Shown in pieces: positions 1 through 9,696 of a DNA stretch of 64,000 nucleotides (the stretch's first letter is position 1; each line of letters starts with the position of its first letter). Made by a program: the position numbers and the translations under genes. The DNA lies in IMG/VR virus record IMGVR_UViG_3300026488_000022, positions 16,615 through 80,614 of that record; one strand, written 5' to 3'. Source of the DNA: a virus. The notes beneath the pieces are model-generated. The model did no database searches and was not told where the DNA came from. It was given only the letters and a program-made list of their open reading frames with translations.

Positions 1-582
1 TCTCCCATTTCTAAAGGGAGCAATTTTCTCAAAAGAATAATGAGTAGCTCCTATATTCCCTCCTCTACTAAAATAAATTTTTTTGTTTTTATATTTATTA
101 AAATTCTGTGTTCTTCCTACACTACCAATTATATGTGTATAAGTTACATCAAAACCATAAGTTCCAGCAATCCAAGCTTTATTAACTTCTACGTCGTTTT
201 CTTCAAAGTTGGCTAAAACTTTAAAGGGTTTTGAGCTTCCTTTAATAACATCAATAGTTACAATATCTCCATCTTGCCACTCATTCTCCCCCTGTCTAAT
301 TGTAAAACTAATAATACCATTATCATAGGCTTGGTCTATTTGTGCGTCATCTTTTGCACCACTAACGCTACCTGTTACCTTAAAAACATCATTAGTTGCG
401 TCATATTTTATTTCCCAAGTTTCTGTGACAACTGTATCTGGATTAAAAGTAATATTTTCAATATTCCCATCTCCTTGTGCTAAATCATAGCTTGTTTCCA
501 TACTCACAGGGTTACTTAAAAACTCTACTAAATTATCAATAGCTTCTTTTACTGTTTTTTTACATTCAACTCTATATGCCAT
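1..582 (-). CDS. Tail/baseplate structural protein, partial (runs off window; missing from ORF track)
   Basis: ATG at 582-580 after an AAGG RBS, open frame MAYRVECKKTVKEAIDNLVEF... to the window edge. Contains GDGNI..TETWEI..FKVTGSVSG..YDNGIISFTI..GDIVTIDV, homologous to the insert domain of the tail tube protein. Directly follows the tape measure gene. Confidence 0.8.
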   Translation of the reverse strand, partial: MAYRVECKKTVKEAIDNLVEFLSNPVSMETSYDLAQGDGNIENITFNPDTVVTETWEIKYDATNDVFKVTGSVSGAKDDAQIDQAYDNGIISFTIRQGENEWQDGDIVTIDVIKGSSKPFKVLANFEENDVEVNKAWIAGTYGFDVTYTHIIGSVGRTQNFNKYKNKKIYFSRGGNIGATHYSFEKIAPFRNGR

Positions 583-612
583 TTATAGCCTTTTTATTGA
601 TTTACTAAAAGG

Positions 613-620
613 TATATCGG
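613..620 (-). promoter_or_regulatory. Putative late promoter (CCGATATA)
   Basis: Motif 31 bp upstream of the ATG at 582. Confidence 0.7.
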
Positions 621-653
621 AAATAAAAAATTACAAAACGAAAACTTTAAAAC

Positions 654-673
654 TTCCCCTAAATTTAGGGGAA
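654..673 (-). terminator. Palindrome / probable terminator after the tape measure gene
   Basis: ttcccctaaa-tttaggggaa, followed by T-rich sequence on the minus strand. Confidence 0.5.
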
Positions 674-691
674 ACTAAAGATTTTTCTTTC

Positions 692-726
692 TTATATTAT
701 AACTAACTTTAAGGGTTTGGACACTT
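692..726 (+). repeat. Dispersed cassette repeat, copy A (truncated core)
   Basis: taactttaagggtttggacactt matches the core of the other copies and ends at the tape measure stop codon. Confidence 0.8.
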
Positions 727-3700
727 ATTTTCCAACAACATTTCTTATAATTGTTCTGCCACTTCTACTTGTTAAATAGTCTTCAAATGCTTTTGTATCT
801 ACACTATTTAAAATAACTACCTCAGGTGTTGGGGCAGTAACATTCACTTGAGGTGAAGTATTACCACTTGCTTTAATTGCTTTAACTTCCTCTTTGCTTA
901 AAACATATTCTCCTTTTTGTAAAATTGCAGGAATTTCATCATCTTTTAACCCGCCCATTTTTTGATTAGCAGTTTGCCTATCTACATAACCTCCTGTATG
1001 AAATCTTTGTGCTTTAATAATAGCAACTCTCATCATACCTGTTGCAACCGCTAAACCAGCCGCCACATAGTTAAATGGTATAGGTAACTCTGTCATTGCT
1101 TTTTGAGCCGAAGCATAAGTATCAATTATTGCTTGTGCCACCCTCATTGCCTTATAAACTGCAAACCATTTTTTTTGTTTTATTAGTCCTGCTTGCATCA
1201 TTTGGTCTAACATACCAGAAAATTGCCCTATATAACCGCTTAATGCTGACAAAGACGCATTAAAACTTGCTTTTTCAAGAGCTTTTCTTTTTTCTATTTC
1301 ATTTTTTACTATCTCAGTTTTTAAAGCCTCTAATTTTTTATAAGCCTCAGCTTCAGTTATTCTTTTAGACTCTAATTCTTGTAAAATTTCTTGTTCTTGA
1401 GCTTGTATTAAAGCTTTTTTTTGTGCATAAAAATTTTTAATAGCCTGAATTTGTTGTTGATATTGATTAAAAGCATTAACTGCACCAGCCGTACCACTAT
1501 CAACATTCCCCGGCACTATACCTAATTTAATTTCTTTTTCTTTTTGTTTTAATTCTTGTGCTTTTGTTTTAATATAAGCATTTATATTTCCAAAATAAGC
1601 GTTTAGTTTTTCTTTATCTTTTTCACTATCAAAACTAACAATACTTAACTTTCTTCTATTTTCATACATTTTATTTTGTATATCTAACAAAAGAGCGTCA
1701 GCTGGATTTTGCATTGCTTTAGTTTCTCTATTCATTTCAGCGATTGTAGCTTTAATCCTTTGTCTTATTTCTAATTCTTTAATTTCTGCCTGTAAAGTTC
1801 TTTTTTTATACTCCTCTTCTTTTTGATATAAACCTTTAATTTCACTTTCTAATTCTCTTTTTTTAGTTAAAAGTTGGGTTTTTTGTTCTTCATCTTTATA
1901 ACCTGTCCATTTTAAACGTTTAATTTTAGCTACTAAAGCATAATACTCTTTTTCTTTTGCAACTCTTTGGTCATAATAAGTTTTATACATACCGTCTAAT
2001 CTTTGTATTTCTTTTTGAGCCTCTACTAAATCATTTACAATAGGCATACGACCTGTTGCTTTTACCTTTTCTAAATCAGAGAACGCTTGTCTTAGTTTAT
2101 CAGCCAATCTTTGAATTTCAGCCTCTACTTCACCAAAATCTTTAAAATTAAAAATATCTTTAATTTGATAATCCTGCCATTTAACCTCTAATGATTTTTT
2201 AGTAGAGTTTGCTTTATTAGCTACTGAATTTAAAGCATTCAGTCTTGCTTTTAAAATACCTTCTAAATTTGCAAAATCTTTGTCAAGCCCTTCTAAATAT
2301 GCTTTTAATGCTTGATATGTATTTTTATCTAAGCTGTTTTTAGTTTTATCTAACAATAATTTCAATCTTATAAATTCAGCCTCTAATTTAACAACTTCTT
2401 TAGGGTCAGTAGCATTTGCAAGCATAGTTTTAAATTGTATAAATTCTTTAGCTAAACTTTCTGGTAAAACATTGACATCAATTTTAGCTTGTTTAAAGCT
2501 AACTTCCATTGTATCTACAAGACCTTTTACTGTTTCTCTAAAAGCATTATCAAGCTCTGTATTTAAGTTATTTACTAAGTCAGTTACATCAAGCCCGTTT
2601 TTTAAGAAAAACTTAATCTTTTCTGATAATTGTTGAAATCTTTGAACTTCCTCTTTAGTTACTAAAGTAATTAAACCTTTTTTAGTCTCGTCTTTTATTT
2701 CTTGAACATCTCTTTTTACTTTATCTTTAAAAACACCAAAATTCACAGTTAGCATATCAAAAGGATTAGTATCTAATCGAATACTATTTAATGTAGTATC
2801 TATCTGTTTTATTTTTTGATTTAAAATTTCACTTTGTTTTATAGGTGTTGTAAAATCTATTAAATTCTGTTCCCAAGTAGTATTAGAAACACCTTGTGCT
2901 ACGTTTGGTGTTTGTTCTTTATAAGGAGTAAAAACACTTACAGTCTGTGCTACATTTGTTTTAGGTTTATAATTAGCAAACTCTTTTAATTTTTCTAATT
3001 GTTTTTCTATAACAATAATTTGATTTTCTAATTCTTTTGAATTTGTTTTTAAATACTGAGACCTCAATCTTTCTAACTTAGCACTTAATAGTTGGTATTC
3101 AACATATTTTTGAGCTTTATCAACTTCTTCTTGTTTTTGTTTAACTAAATTTTCTTGTTCATTAATAATCTTTTTATACATTTCTAATTGTTGCTCAATT
3201 TTGTTTAACTCACTGCCTAATAATTTAATTCTTTGACTATCATTATTAACCAAGGCTTCTGCTAATTGTTTTTTAATTTGTTGTTTTTTAGCTATTAAGC
3301 TATCATATTGTGAGATTAAACTGTTTAATTTCTGTTGTTCAGCTAACAAACCATTACTTTTTGCTAATTCCTCATTTACATTTTTAATTGTAAAAAACAA
3401 CTTACCAAAAGCACCTAAAGCTAAAGTTGCCACTAAAACATAAGGATTTCTCATTGCAATTAAAGCAACACTTGTTAAAGCGCCCCCAATTGCTTTAACA
3501 ATATCTAAAAGGTTTTTACCTGCTAAAGTAGCCATTCTAAATGACTCTACTAAAGACTTAACACCTTTAAAAATTAATACACCTCCAATAACTCCTGCAA
3601 TACCTTTGATTATACTCCATATTTGACTTAAATCTCTTTGAATTTGTGGCATAGCATTATTAATAGTATTAACCCACTCAATAGTTTTATTAACTATACT

Positions 3701-6649
3701 TTCTAAAATAGGCAAGGCATTCTGCATTAAACCATTAAAAGCTAATCCTAAACTATTTTTTAACCTTTCCCATTTGCCTATATAAGTATCTAACATAACA
3801 TTTGATTTTTCTAATTCACCATTAACACCATCATTTAACGTTTTTAAATGAGTTAAAAGAGCGTCTGCATTATTTCTAATAGCTGAAAGGGTTTGTTTTG
3901 CTAATGTTTCCATATTCCCAACAGCTTCTTGAAACTCACTGTCACTCATATTTTTAAGCTTTTTAACAAGCCACACCATCATTCTTTCACTGTCTTCTGC
4001 ACTTTTTCCTACTTGTTGTGCGAATAATTTTTGATTTACCCCAAGACTTTTAAAAAATTGCCTAACAGCCTCTGAATTATCTTGTAATAAATCTCCTAAT
4101 CTCCTGATACTTGTACCTATTGTACTTGCCTCAAATCCTGCATTTGAAAAAGCAATCGCTAAAGCCTCAATAAAATGCCTTGTAATATTAGCACTTTTAG
4201 CAGTTGCCAAAGCATAGTTAGAAAATACATTTATATCTTCAGTTGATAATTTACTTGCGTTTGCCATATAAGTTAATTCATCAGCTAATTGCTTAATACT
4301 AACTCCTGCTTTTTGATAATTGTGAATATAAGTAATCAAAGCATTAGCAGTTGTTTCAAACTGGTCACCTGTTAATTTAGACATTTTTATAACATATTCA
4401 GTAACTTTAATTAATTTATCACTTTCAATTCCTGCCCTACCAAGAGCCATAGCAATTTCATTAATTGACTCAATATCACCTCCATAAGCCATACCAAGCC
4501 TAACTAATCTTTCTTCTAATTGTTTTGCTTTACTTGCACTAATATCAAAAACAGCACTCATTTTACCGACAGCTTCATTCATTTGAACAATAAATCCAAA
4601 ACCTCTTTGAATAACATTTATAACCTCATAAATGCTCATATATAAAGCACTATACCCAAGTGCCATTTTAGTAATATGAGATATAAATTTACTAAATGAA
4701 GTCTCTTGTAATGTTGCTTTTACTTTTGCTAATGTAATATCTAATTTATTTAATTGTTTAACTGCCTCATCTGCATTTTGTTTAATATTTGCAAAAATAG
4801 AAGTATTAAATGTTCCTGTTCTCAAACTTAATTTCAACTTATTTTGAACATCAGTTAATGTTTCTATTTTTGATGTATATTCTTCAATTAAACGTTCTGC
4901 TTCTTTAATTGCTTTACTGTCTGCAAATTCTTTTCTACTACTTTTTTGAATTTCTAAGTTTTGAACTACTTTCATATATTTATTTTTAATTCTATCTAAC
5001 TCTTTAATAAACTTATCTGCGTCTTTATATAAACCTTCAAAGAGTTTTATTTCTTTTACATTAGCACCTTTTATACTTGCCATAAACTTTTCAAAAGCGG
5101 CTCTGTCATTAAACAACAATTCTCTTAAATTTTTAGAACTTATTTGAATTGAATTAATTTTCTGTTCAAACTCTTTTAAAGGTGTAATATCTGCTGTCTT
5201 CTTAACTTCTTCATTAAGTTTTTTAAACTCTTCTTTTAAAGCTCTGATAGTATCGCTTGGTACTCCATAAGAACGTAAAACCTTTAAAGTTTCATTAATA
5301 GATTTTATTTTTCTTTCAACAACACTTAAATCTTTAACTTCTTTTTTTAATTCTCTCATATCTTTTAATAACAAACCTAAATAAGTTGTCTTTCCTAAAC
5401 TCTTACTTTCTTCTGCTAATTTTTTAAATTCTTTCTCAAAATTAGCTAAAACAGTATCACTGACTCCTAATTTTTTTAACTCTTTTTCTAATCTTTCAAA
5501 AGTATCACTCGCTTTTACTAAACCTAAACTGTTATTTACTATCTGTTTTATTTCTTTATTTAATAAAGCTAAAGGTTTAGCGTCTCCTGTTTTAACAGCT
5601 ACATCGTATAATTTTTGAATTTCATTTTGAAATTGAGCTATTTTAGTACTATCAATAAAGGGCAATCTACTTGCTTTATGTATGTTTTCTAAAGCTTTTA
5701 AATATAAGTCACTATATTTTTTAGAATTCTCAAAAGTTTTTTTAGCCTGTACCTCAAACTCTACTAAATCTTTTTCTAATTTTTCAAATCCATCTATTTT
5801 TCCTGTTTTAAACCACTCTCTTATAATACCATCAATTTGTTTTTTTAATCTTTCTATATCTTTTTCTGTTTTACCATACACTCTTAAACTTAAAGTTTTA
5901 TTTAATAAATCTTCTCTTTTCTTTAAAAGCTTTTCAAAAGATTTATATTTATTTTCTAACTCTCCCATTTTCTGTTTTAATTCTTCAGTAGTTAAAACCC
6001 CTTTTTTCATTTTCTTATAAAAAGTTTCTAATGGTGCAGTTAATTGTTTTTTAAATTTAGAACTAATATCTAAATTGTTAATTTTCTCTAATTGTGTTTT
6101 ATAAAAATTTAAAAGGTTAATCTTATCTTCTAATTCTTTATTAAAAGAAATAAGATTTTGTTTTCTTTCTGTTCTATCTTTAGCTTTTAATAATCTTTTA
6201 TAAGCTCTTTCTAATGCTAAAACTTCACTTTTTGTAGTAGCTAATTGTTTATAATTTTGCAAATTTGCTTCAATTAAAGCTTTAATAGCTTTTTCACTTT
6301 GTTGAATTGCTTGTTTAAAAACTTCAAATTCTTTATCTAATTTTCCAACATCTTTAACTATTCCTAACAATTCATTTTTTAAAGTAGAAACAATATTATT
6401 TTTTAATTTTACATCTTTTAAAGACTCTAACTTACTTTTAAATTTATTAATTTTATCATATACACTCTCTACTTCTTTATTTAAAGTGTTAATTTGTTTT
6501 TTAAATTTATCTTTTACTTCTAATTTATTTAAAGTATCGTTTAAATGATATAAACTTTTATCTATATTCTCTACAATCTCTTCAAAAGCTTTAACACCTT
6601 TTTGTTTAAATTCAATAACTATTTCAGCTTTGTTATTTCTATAAGCCAT
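725..6649 (-). CDS. Tail tape measure protein
   Basis: 1974 aa, coiled-coil rich, central TP901-type TMP segment, hydrophobic stretches, C-terminal FHTGG...DEIPAILQKGEYVL motif. Confidence 0.93.
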   Translation of the reverse strand: MAYRNNKAEIVIEFKQKGVKAFEEIVENIDKSLYHLNDTLNKLEVKDKFKKQINTLNKEVESVYDKINKFKSKLESLKDVKLKNNIVSTLKNELLGIVKDVGKLDKEFEVFKQAIQQSEKAIKALIEANLQNYKQLATTKSEVLALERAYKRLLKAKDRTERKQNLISFNKELEDKINLLNFYKTQLEKINNLDISSKFKKQLTAPLETFYKKMKKGVLTTEELKQKMGELENKYKSFEKLLKKREDLLNKTLSLRVYGKTEKDIERLKKQIDGIIREWFKTGKIDGFEKLEKDLVEFEVQAKKTFENSKKYSDLYLKALENIHKASRLPFIDSTKIAQFQNEIQKLYDVAVKTGDAKPLALLNKEIKQIVNNSLGLVKASDTFERLEKELKKLGVSDTVLANFEKEFKKLAEESKSLGKTTYLGLLLKDMRELKKEVKDLSVVERKIKSINETLKVLRSYGVPSDTIRALKEEFKKLNEEVKKTADITPLKEFEQKINSIQISSKNLRELLFNDRAAFEKFMASIKGANVKEIKLFEGLYKDADKFIKELDRIKNKYMKVVQNLEIQKSSRKEFADSKAIKEAERLIEEYTSKIETLTDVQNKLKLSLRTGTFNTSIFANIKQNADEAVKQLNKLDITLAKVKATLQETSFSKFISHITKMALGYSALYMSIYEVINVIQRGFGFIVQMNEAVGKMSAVFDISASKAKQLEERLVRLGMAYGGDIESINEIAMALGRAGIESDKLIKVTEYVIKMSKLTGDQFETTANALITYIHNYQKAGVSIKQLADELTYMANASKLSTEDINVFSNYALATAKSANITRHFIEALAIAFSNAGFEASTIGTSIRRLGDLLQDNSEAVRQFFKSLGVNQKLFAQQVGKSAEDSERMMVWLVKKLKNMSDSEFQEAVGNMETLAKQTLSAIRNNADALLTHLKTLNDGVNGELEKSNVMLDTYIGKWERLKNSLGLAFNGLMQNALPILESIVNKTIEWVNTINNAMPQIQRDLSQIWSIIKGIAGVIGGVLIFKGVKSLVESFRMATLAGKNLLDIVKAIGGALTSVALIAMRNPYVLVATLALGAFGKLFFTIKNVNEELAKSNGLLAEQQKLNSLISQYDSLIAKKQQIKKQLAEALVNNDSQRIKLLGSELNKIEQQLEMYKKIINEQENLVKQKQEEVDKAQKYVEYQLLSAKLERLRSQYLKTNSKELENQIIVIEKQLEKLKEFANYKPKTNVAQTVSVFTPYKEQTPNVAQGVSNTTWEQNLIDFTTPIKQSEILNQKIKQIDTTLNSIRLDTNPFDMLTVNFGVFKDKVKRDVQEIKDETKKGLITLVTKEEVQRFQQLSEKIKFFLKNGLDVTDLVNNLNTELDNAFRETVKGLVDTMEVSFKQAKIDVNVLPESLAKEFIQFKTMLANATDPKEVVKLEAEFIRLKLLLDKTKNSLDKNTYQALKAYLEGLDKDFANLEGILKARLNALNSVANKANSTKKSLEVKWQDYQIKDIFNFKDFGEVEAEIQRLADKLRQAFSDLEKVKATGRMPIVNDLVEAQKEIQRLDGMYKTYYDQRVAKEKEYYALVAKIKRLKWTGYKDEEQKTQLLTKKRELESEIKGLYQKEEEYKKRTLQAEIKELEIRQRIKATIAEMNRETKAMQNPADALLLDIQNKMYENRRKLSIVSFDSEKDKEKLNAYFGNINAYIKTKAQELKQKEKEIKLGIVPGNVDSGTAGAVNAFNQYQQQIQAIKNFYAQKKALIQAQEQEILQELESKRITEAEAYKKLEALKTEIVKNEIEKRKALEKASFNASLSALSGYIGQFSGMLDQMMQAGLIKQKKWFAVYKAMRVAQAIIDTYASAQKAMTELPIPFNYVAAGLAVATGMMRVAIIKAQRFHTGGYVDRQTANQKMGGLKDDEIPAILQKGEYVLSKEEVKAIKASGNTSPQVNVTAPTPEVVILNSVDTKAFEDYLTSRSGRTIIRNVVGK

Positions 6650-6681
6650 CAGACTATCCTTTTGTAATAATTGCTACTAAA

Positions 6682-6689
6682 TATATCAG
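6682..6689 (-). promoter_or_regulatory. Putative late promoter (CTGATATA)
   Basis: 33 bp upstream of the tape measure ATG. Confidence 0.7.
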
Positions 6690-6878
6690 TATAAAATAAA
6701 AGTAAAATTTAATTTAAAAGCTCTATTATAATATATAATAACTTTAAGGGTTTGGACAGTGTTGGACAGTAACAAAAAGCCCTAAAATTCGGACTTTTAA
6801 CAACTTGCAAACATTTATAATCAGTAAAAAATATCATTTGGGCGGTCAAGAACATTTTATAATTTTTGTAAAAAACTC

Positions 6879-6907
6879 TTGACATAAAGTTAAAAGTGTT
6901 TTATAAT
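6879..6907 (+). promoter_or_regulatory. Consensus sigma70 (early) promoter
   Basis: TTGACA(6879-6884)-17 bp-TATAAT(6902-6907), then AAGGAG RBS. Confidence 0.9.
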
Positions 6908-6938
6908 TCTTAGCATAAAACAAAAAACAAAAGGAGAA

Positions 6939-7331
6939 TTGAAAATGAAAACTACATTTATAAACACAAGAGCAGATTTAGAAAAAATGCTAAAAGAAAC
7001 AAACAAAGAACTTGCTCTTAAATACTTAGAAATATTTAAAAATAGAATAATTTGGGGACAAGCTGAAAAATTTGACAATAATTATTATATAGACATTACA
7101 TTATTTGAAGACACTGATAGCATAAAAAGAGTTAAAGTATCAAAACCAATATTAGAAAATTCAGAGGATGTTCAAAGGTTTATTATGTTTTGTCTTGATG
7201 AAAAAGATTATATTCATTATTCGAATATAATCACTGATAAAAAACTAATAGGTTTTATAAATGAATTTTATTTAGACTTAATCTCTTATCACCATTTAAA
7301 AGATGAATTAACAAAGGAAAACAATGAATAA
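6939..7331 (+). CDS. Hypothetical cassette cargo protein
   Basis: 130 aa ORF behind the cassette promoter/RBS, antisense to the structural genes. Confidence 0.75.
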   Translation: MKMKTTFINTRADLEKMLKETNKELALKYLEIFKNRIIWGQAEKFDNNYYIDITLFEDTDSIKRVKVSKPILENSEDVQRFIMFCLDEKDYIHYSNIITDKKLIGFINEFYLDLISYHHLKDELTKENNE

Positions 7332-7584
7332 TTATCCTATTCTTTCATTTAGAGTTTATAGTGTTATTTATAGGGCTTTAGAAAACAAAAAAGCTAAGAT
7401 AACATTAAAACACAAGAAAAAAGGCAATTTTAATGTAGAACATTACATAGTAGAAATTAACAACCCCACTTTAAAAGGAAGTGCTATTAGAACATACAAA
7501 CAATATTTTAAAGATAAAAATTTAGAAAAATTTAAAGAAATAATAAATAAAAATGAAAAGATAATTTTTGAAAAGTTTGAGTAA
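7324..7584 (+). CDS. Hypothetical cassette cargo protein 2
   Basis: 86 aa, overlaps the previous stop, AAGGA RBS. Confidence 0.7.
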   Translation: MNNYPILSFRVYSVIYRALENKKAKITLKHKKKGNFNVEHYIVEINNPTLKGSAIRTYKQYFKDKNLEKFKEIINKNEKIIFEKFE

Positions 7585-7585
7585 A

Positions 7586-7603
7586 GGGCAGATTTTTCTG
7601 CCC
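7586..7603. terminator. Hairpin between the convergent cargo and capsid genes
   Basis: gggcaga-tttt-tctgccc. Confidence 0.65.
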
Positions 7604-7614
7604 CCTCAAACGTT

Positions 7615-8829
7615 TTAGTTAGAAGCTACATTAACAATTACAGAAACAGGTGTAGAAGTTACAGAAAGTTTCTTAAAGTCAATATCTCTATATCCAACAT
7701 ATAGAGTTGTTGAACTAACTGCTTTTCTTTCAGTTTCAATTCCAATGTTTCCTCTATCAGCAACACCAAAATATGCTTTATTAACAAGTAAAACTGCTGT
7801 TTTGTCTCCATTTGTTTCATCAACATCACCATTAGCGTCAAGATTATCAGGGATATACTCAGTTACTACAATAGGCATACCAAATAATTTCCCAATCTCA
7901 CCTGTGATAATTGTAGCTTTAGCACCATATTTATCAATTGTTAGAACTTCTGGAAGTTCAAGCATTTGATATGCTACATTAACAGGCGCTACAATAGCAA
8001 GGTCACTTAAATTAATACCATAAACTCCAAGTAACCTTCTTGCTTGCGCTATAAGACTTGCAGTTACTGTATTTCCACCTGCATCAACTTTATTTCCAGC
8101 ACTTTTAGCGTATTTTAAAAGACCATCAAATGCTTTTTTAACATCATTAACATCAGAAATACCTGTATCACCCATTACAAGTGCGTCTTCTGTGGCTCTT
8201 GCAAGTGATTTTACAAGTTCTTGTCTAACAAGTTGTGTAATAGCTGTTACCATTTCTTTGTCTGCTTGGTCAGTTACTGCTAAAAGAGTTTTAAATCTTG
8301 AAGTTGCAAAACTCACTTTTGCACCATTAATTGCACTTTCAATTGCGTTATCACCAGGAGCAATCAAATAAGCTTTTGCTTTGTCTGTTTTTGCAGGAAT
8401 AGAGAACGTACTTCTATTATCAGGCATTCTAAATCTTTGAAATAATCCTTCAACTTTAAGGTCAAGTTCAAGTTCTTCAAGCACTCTATTTGAAAATTCC
8501 TCAGCAAGCCAACTTGCAATGTCTGCTGGTTTAATTGCTTTTTCAACAATAGGAGCAATCTCTTTAAACTCCTCAAAAGTCTCAACAGGTCTGCCTAATA
8601 GCTTTGATTTAATATGCAAATCAACTGCTTTTTCTCTTGCTTTTTCTACTTCTTTATCGTCATAAGCTTTTGTTTCAAATTGAGTTTTTCTGTTAGACCA
8701 TTTATCTTCAAATTCTTTTTTAAGTTCTTCTACTTTTTTTTCTGCTTCAGTTTTAGTAGAGTCAAGTTGTTTTTTAAGTTCTTCTACTTCTTTTTGTAGT
8801 GTAGAAATTGCTTCAATACCCATAACCAT
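7615..8829 (-). CDS. Major capsid protein (HK97 fold, T5-like, N-terminal coiled-coil delta domain)
   Basis: 404 aa with a coiled-coil N-terminus, EDALVMGD..KKAFDGLLKYA and VLTIDKYGAKATIITGEIGKLFGMPIVVTEY. Confidence 0.9.
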   Translation of the reverse strand: MVMGIEAISTLQKEVEELKKQLDSTKTEAEKKVEELKKEFEDKWSNRKTQFETKAYDDKEVEKAREKAVDLHIKSKLLGRPVETFEEFKEIAPIVEKAIKPADIASWLAEEFSNRVLEELELDLKVEGLFQRFRMPDNRSTFSIPAKTDKAKAYLIAPGDNAIESAINGAKVSFATSRFKTLLAVTDQADKEMVTAITQLVRQELVKSLARATEDALVMGDTGISDVNDVKKAFDGLLKYAKSAGNKVDAGGNTVTASLIAQARRLLGVYGINLSDLAIVAPVNVAYQMLELPEVLTIDKYGAKATIITGEIGKLFGMPIVVTEYIPDNLDANGDVDETNGDKTAVLLVNKAYFGVADRGNIGIETERKAVSSTTLYVGYRDIDFKKLSVTSTPVSVIVNVASN

Positions 8830-8855
8830 ATCCTTTAATGTTATTTTACAAAAGT

Positions 8856-8863
8856 TATATCGG
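8856..8863 (-). promoter_or_regulatory. Putative late promoter (CCGATATA)
   Basis: 27 bp upstream of the capsid ATG. Confidence 0.7.
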
Positions 8864-8868
8864 AAAGT

Positions 8869-9033
8869 TTAATTAGATTTATTTTTAACAAATTTTTCAT
8901 TATATTCTTTTATTTGTTGATTTAAAAAATCATTAATCTTTTTCAAATCATTACGCTCTTTAACACAGATTTTATAACGATTAAAAAGTTCTTCAAATTC
9001 ATTTAGAGGAATTTCTATCATTTTCTTTTTCAT
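8869..9033 (-). CDS. Small coiled-coil protein (54 aa), possibly spanin-associated
   Basis: MKKKMIEIPLNEFEELFNRYKICVKERNDLKKINDFLNQQIKEYNEKFVKNKSN. Fills the gap after the lipoprotein and is below the ORF-track cutoff. Confidence 0.5.
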   Translation of the reverse strand: MKKKMIEIPLNEFEELFNRYKICVKERNDLKKINDFLNQQIKEYNEKFVKNKSN

Positions 9034-9211
9034 CTTTTACCTTTATATGTAAAGTAATAGGTTTTGTTTTTGTTATATTATATTCATAAGTTTGTAAAGC
9101 GGGACATTTAGACTTTACAAAAACATATTTAATTTTTTCGGTTTCTTTACAAGCACACCCACTAAGGAATAGTAATATTAACATCACGCTCAAAAGTAAT
9201 ATTTTTTTCAC
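8999..9211 (-). CDS. Lipoprotein, o-spanin (Rz1-like)
   Basis: Signal peptide with lipobox LSGC, overlapping the 3' end of the i-spanin gene. Confidence 0.7.
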   Translation of the reverse strand: MKKILLLSVMLILLFLSGCACKETEKIKYVFVKSKCPALQTYEYNITKTKPITLHIKVKDEKENDRNSSK

Positions 9212-9482
9212 TATTTTTTCCTTCTTTTTTTATTATTTCTTCTTTAATGTTTTGATATTTATCTTCAAATAAAATAACTTTTAAATCATTTTTAATTTTC
9301 TGTAATTTAACTTCTAAATTCTCTTTTTCTCTTTTTAGTTTTTTAATTTCTTTTTGTTTTACTAAAATTTGTTGTTCTAATTTTTTTACTTCTAAACGAT
9401 AATTAACAACTCCTGCTAATAAAACCAATACAATTCCACTTATAAAATAAGAAAACAATTTAGTTTTTAAAAAATCAAACAT
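9162..9482 (-). CDS. i-spanin (Rz-like)
   Basis: N-terminal TM helix followed by a coiled coil, overlapping a lipoprotein gene. Confidence 0.7.
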   Translation of the reverse strand: MFDFLKTKLFSYFISGIVLVLLAGVVNYRLEVKKLEQQILVKQKEIKKLKREKENLEVKLQKIKNDLKVILFEDKYQNIKEEIIKKEGKNSEKNITFERDVNITIP

Positions 9483-9696
9483 TTGAATTTTCCTTTAATT
9501 TTGATTTTTCATAACTTCTTCCAGCAATCCAAGCTATCGGAATACCCACAGCAATTGTAGTCCATAAACTTATCAAACTTTCTTTTAAATTTAAAACCCC
9601 AAAACCTTCAAGCAAAGTAATTAACGCACTAAAACACAGAACAAACCAAGACATTAAAGGTCTTGATGTGTTTCTAATTAATTCGACTTTATTCAT
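9475..9696 (-). CDS. Small 2-TM membrane protein, holin-like
   Basis: 73 aa, two TM helices, GRSYEK C-terminal motif, next to the spanins. Confidence 0.55.
   Translation of the reverse strand: MNKVELIRNTSRPLMSWFVLCFSALITLLEGFGVLNLKESLISLWTTIAVGIPIAWIAGRSYEKSKLKENSNV

Larger units (their letters stand above)
6682..6947 (+). repeat. Dispersed cassette repeat, copy B (full: late promoter + core + sigma70 promoter + RBS)
   Basis: Near-identical to 18903-19169 and 26686-26946. Confidence 0.95.

Noticed and set aside
274-483. Plus-strand ORF and other short antisense ORFs in the track (e.g. 5682, 7745, 13095, 27433, 41909, 57857)
   Set aside because: Shadows of real opposite-strand genes, with no RBS or motifs.
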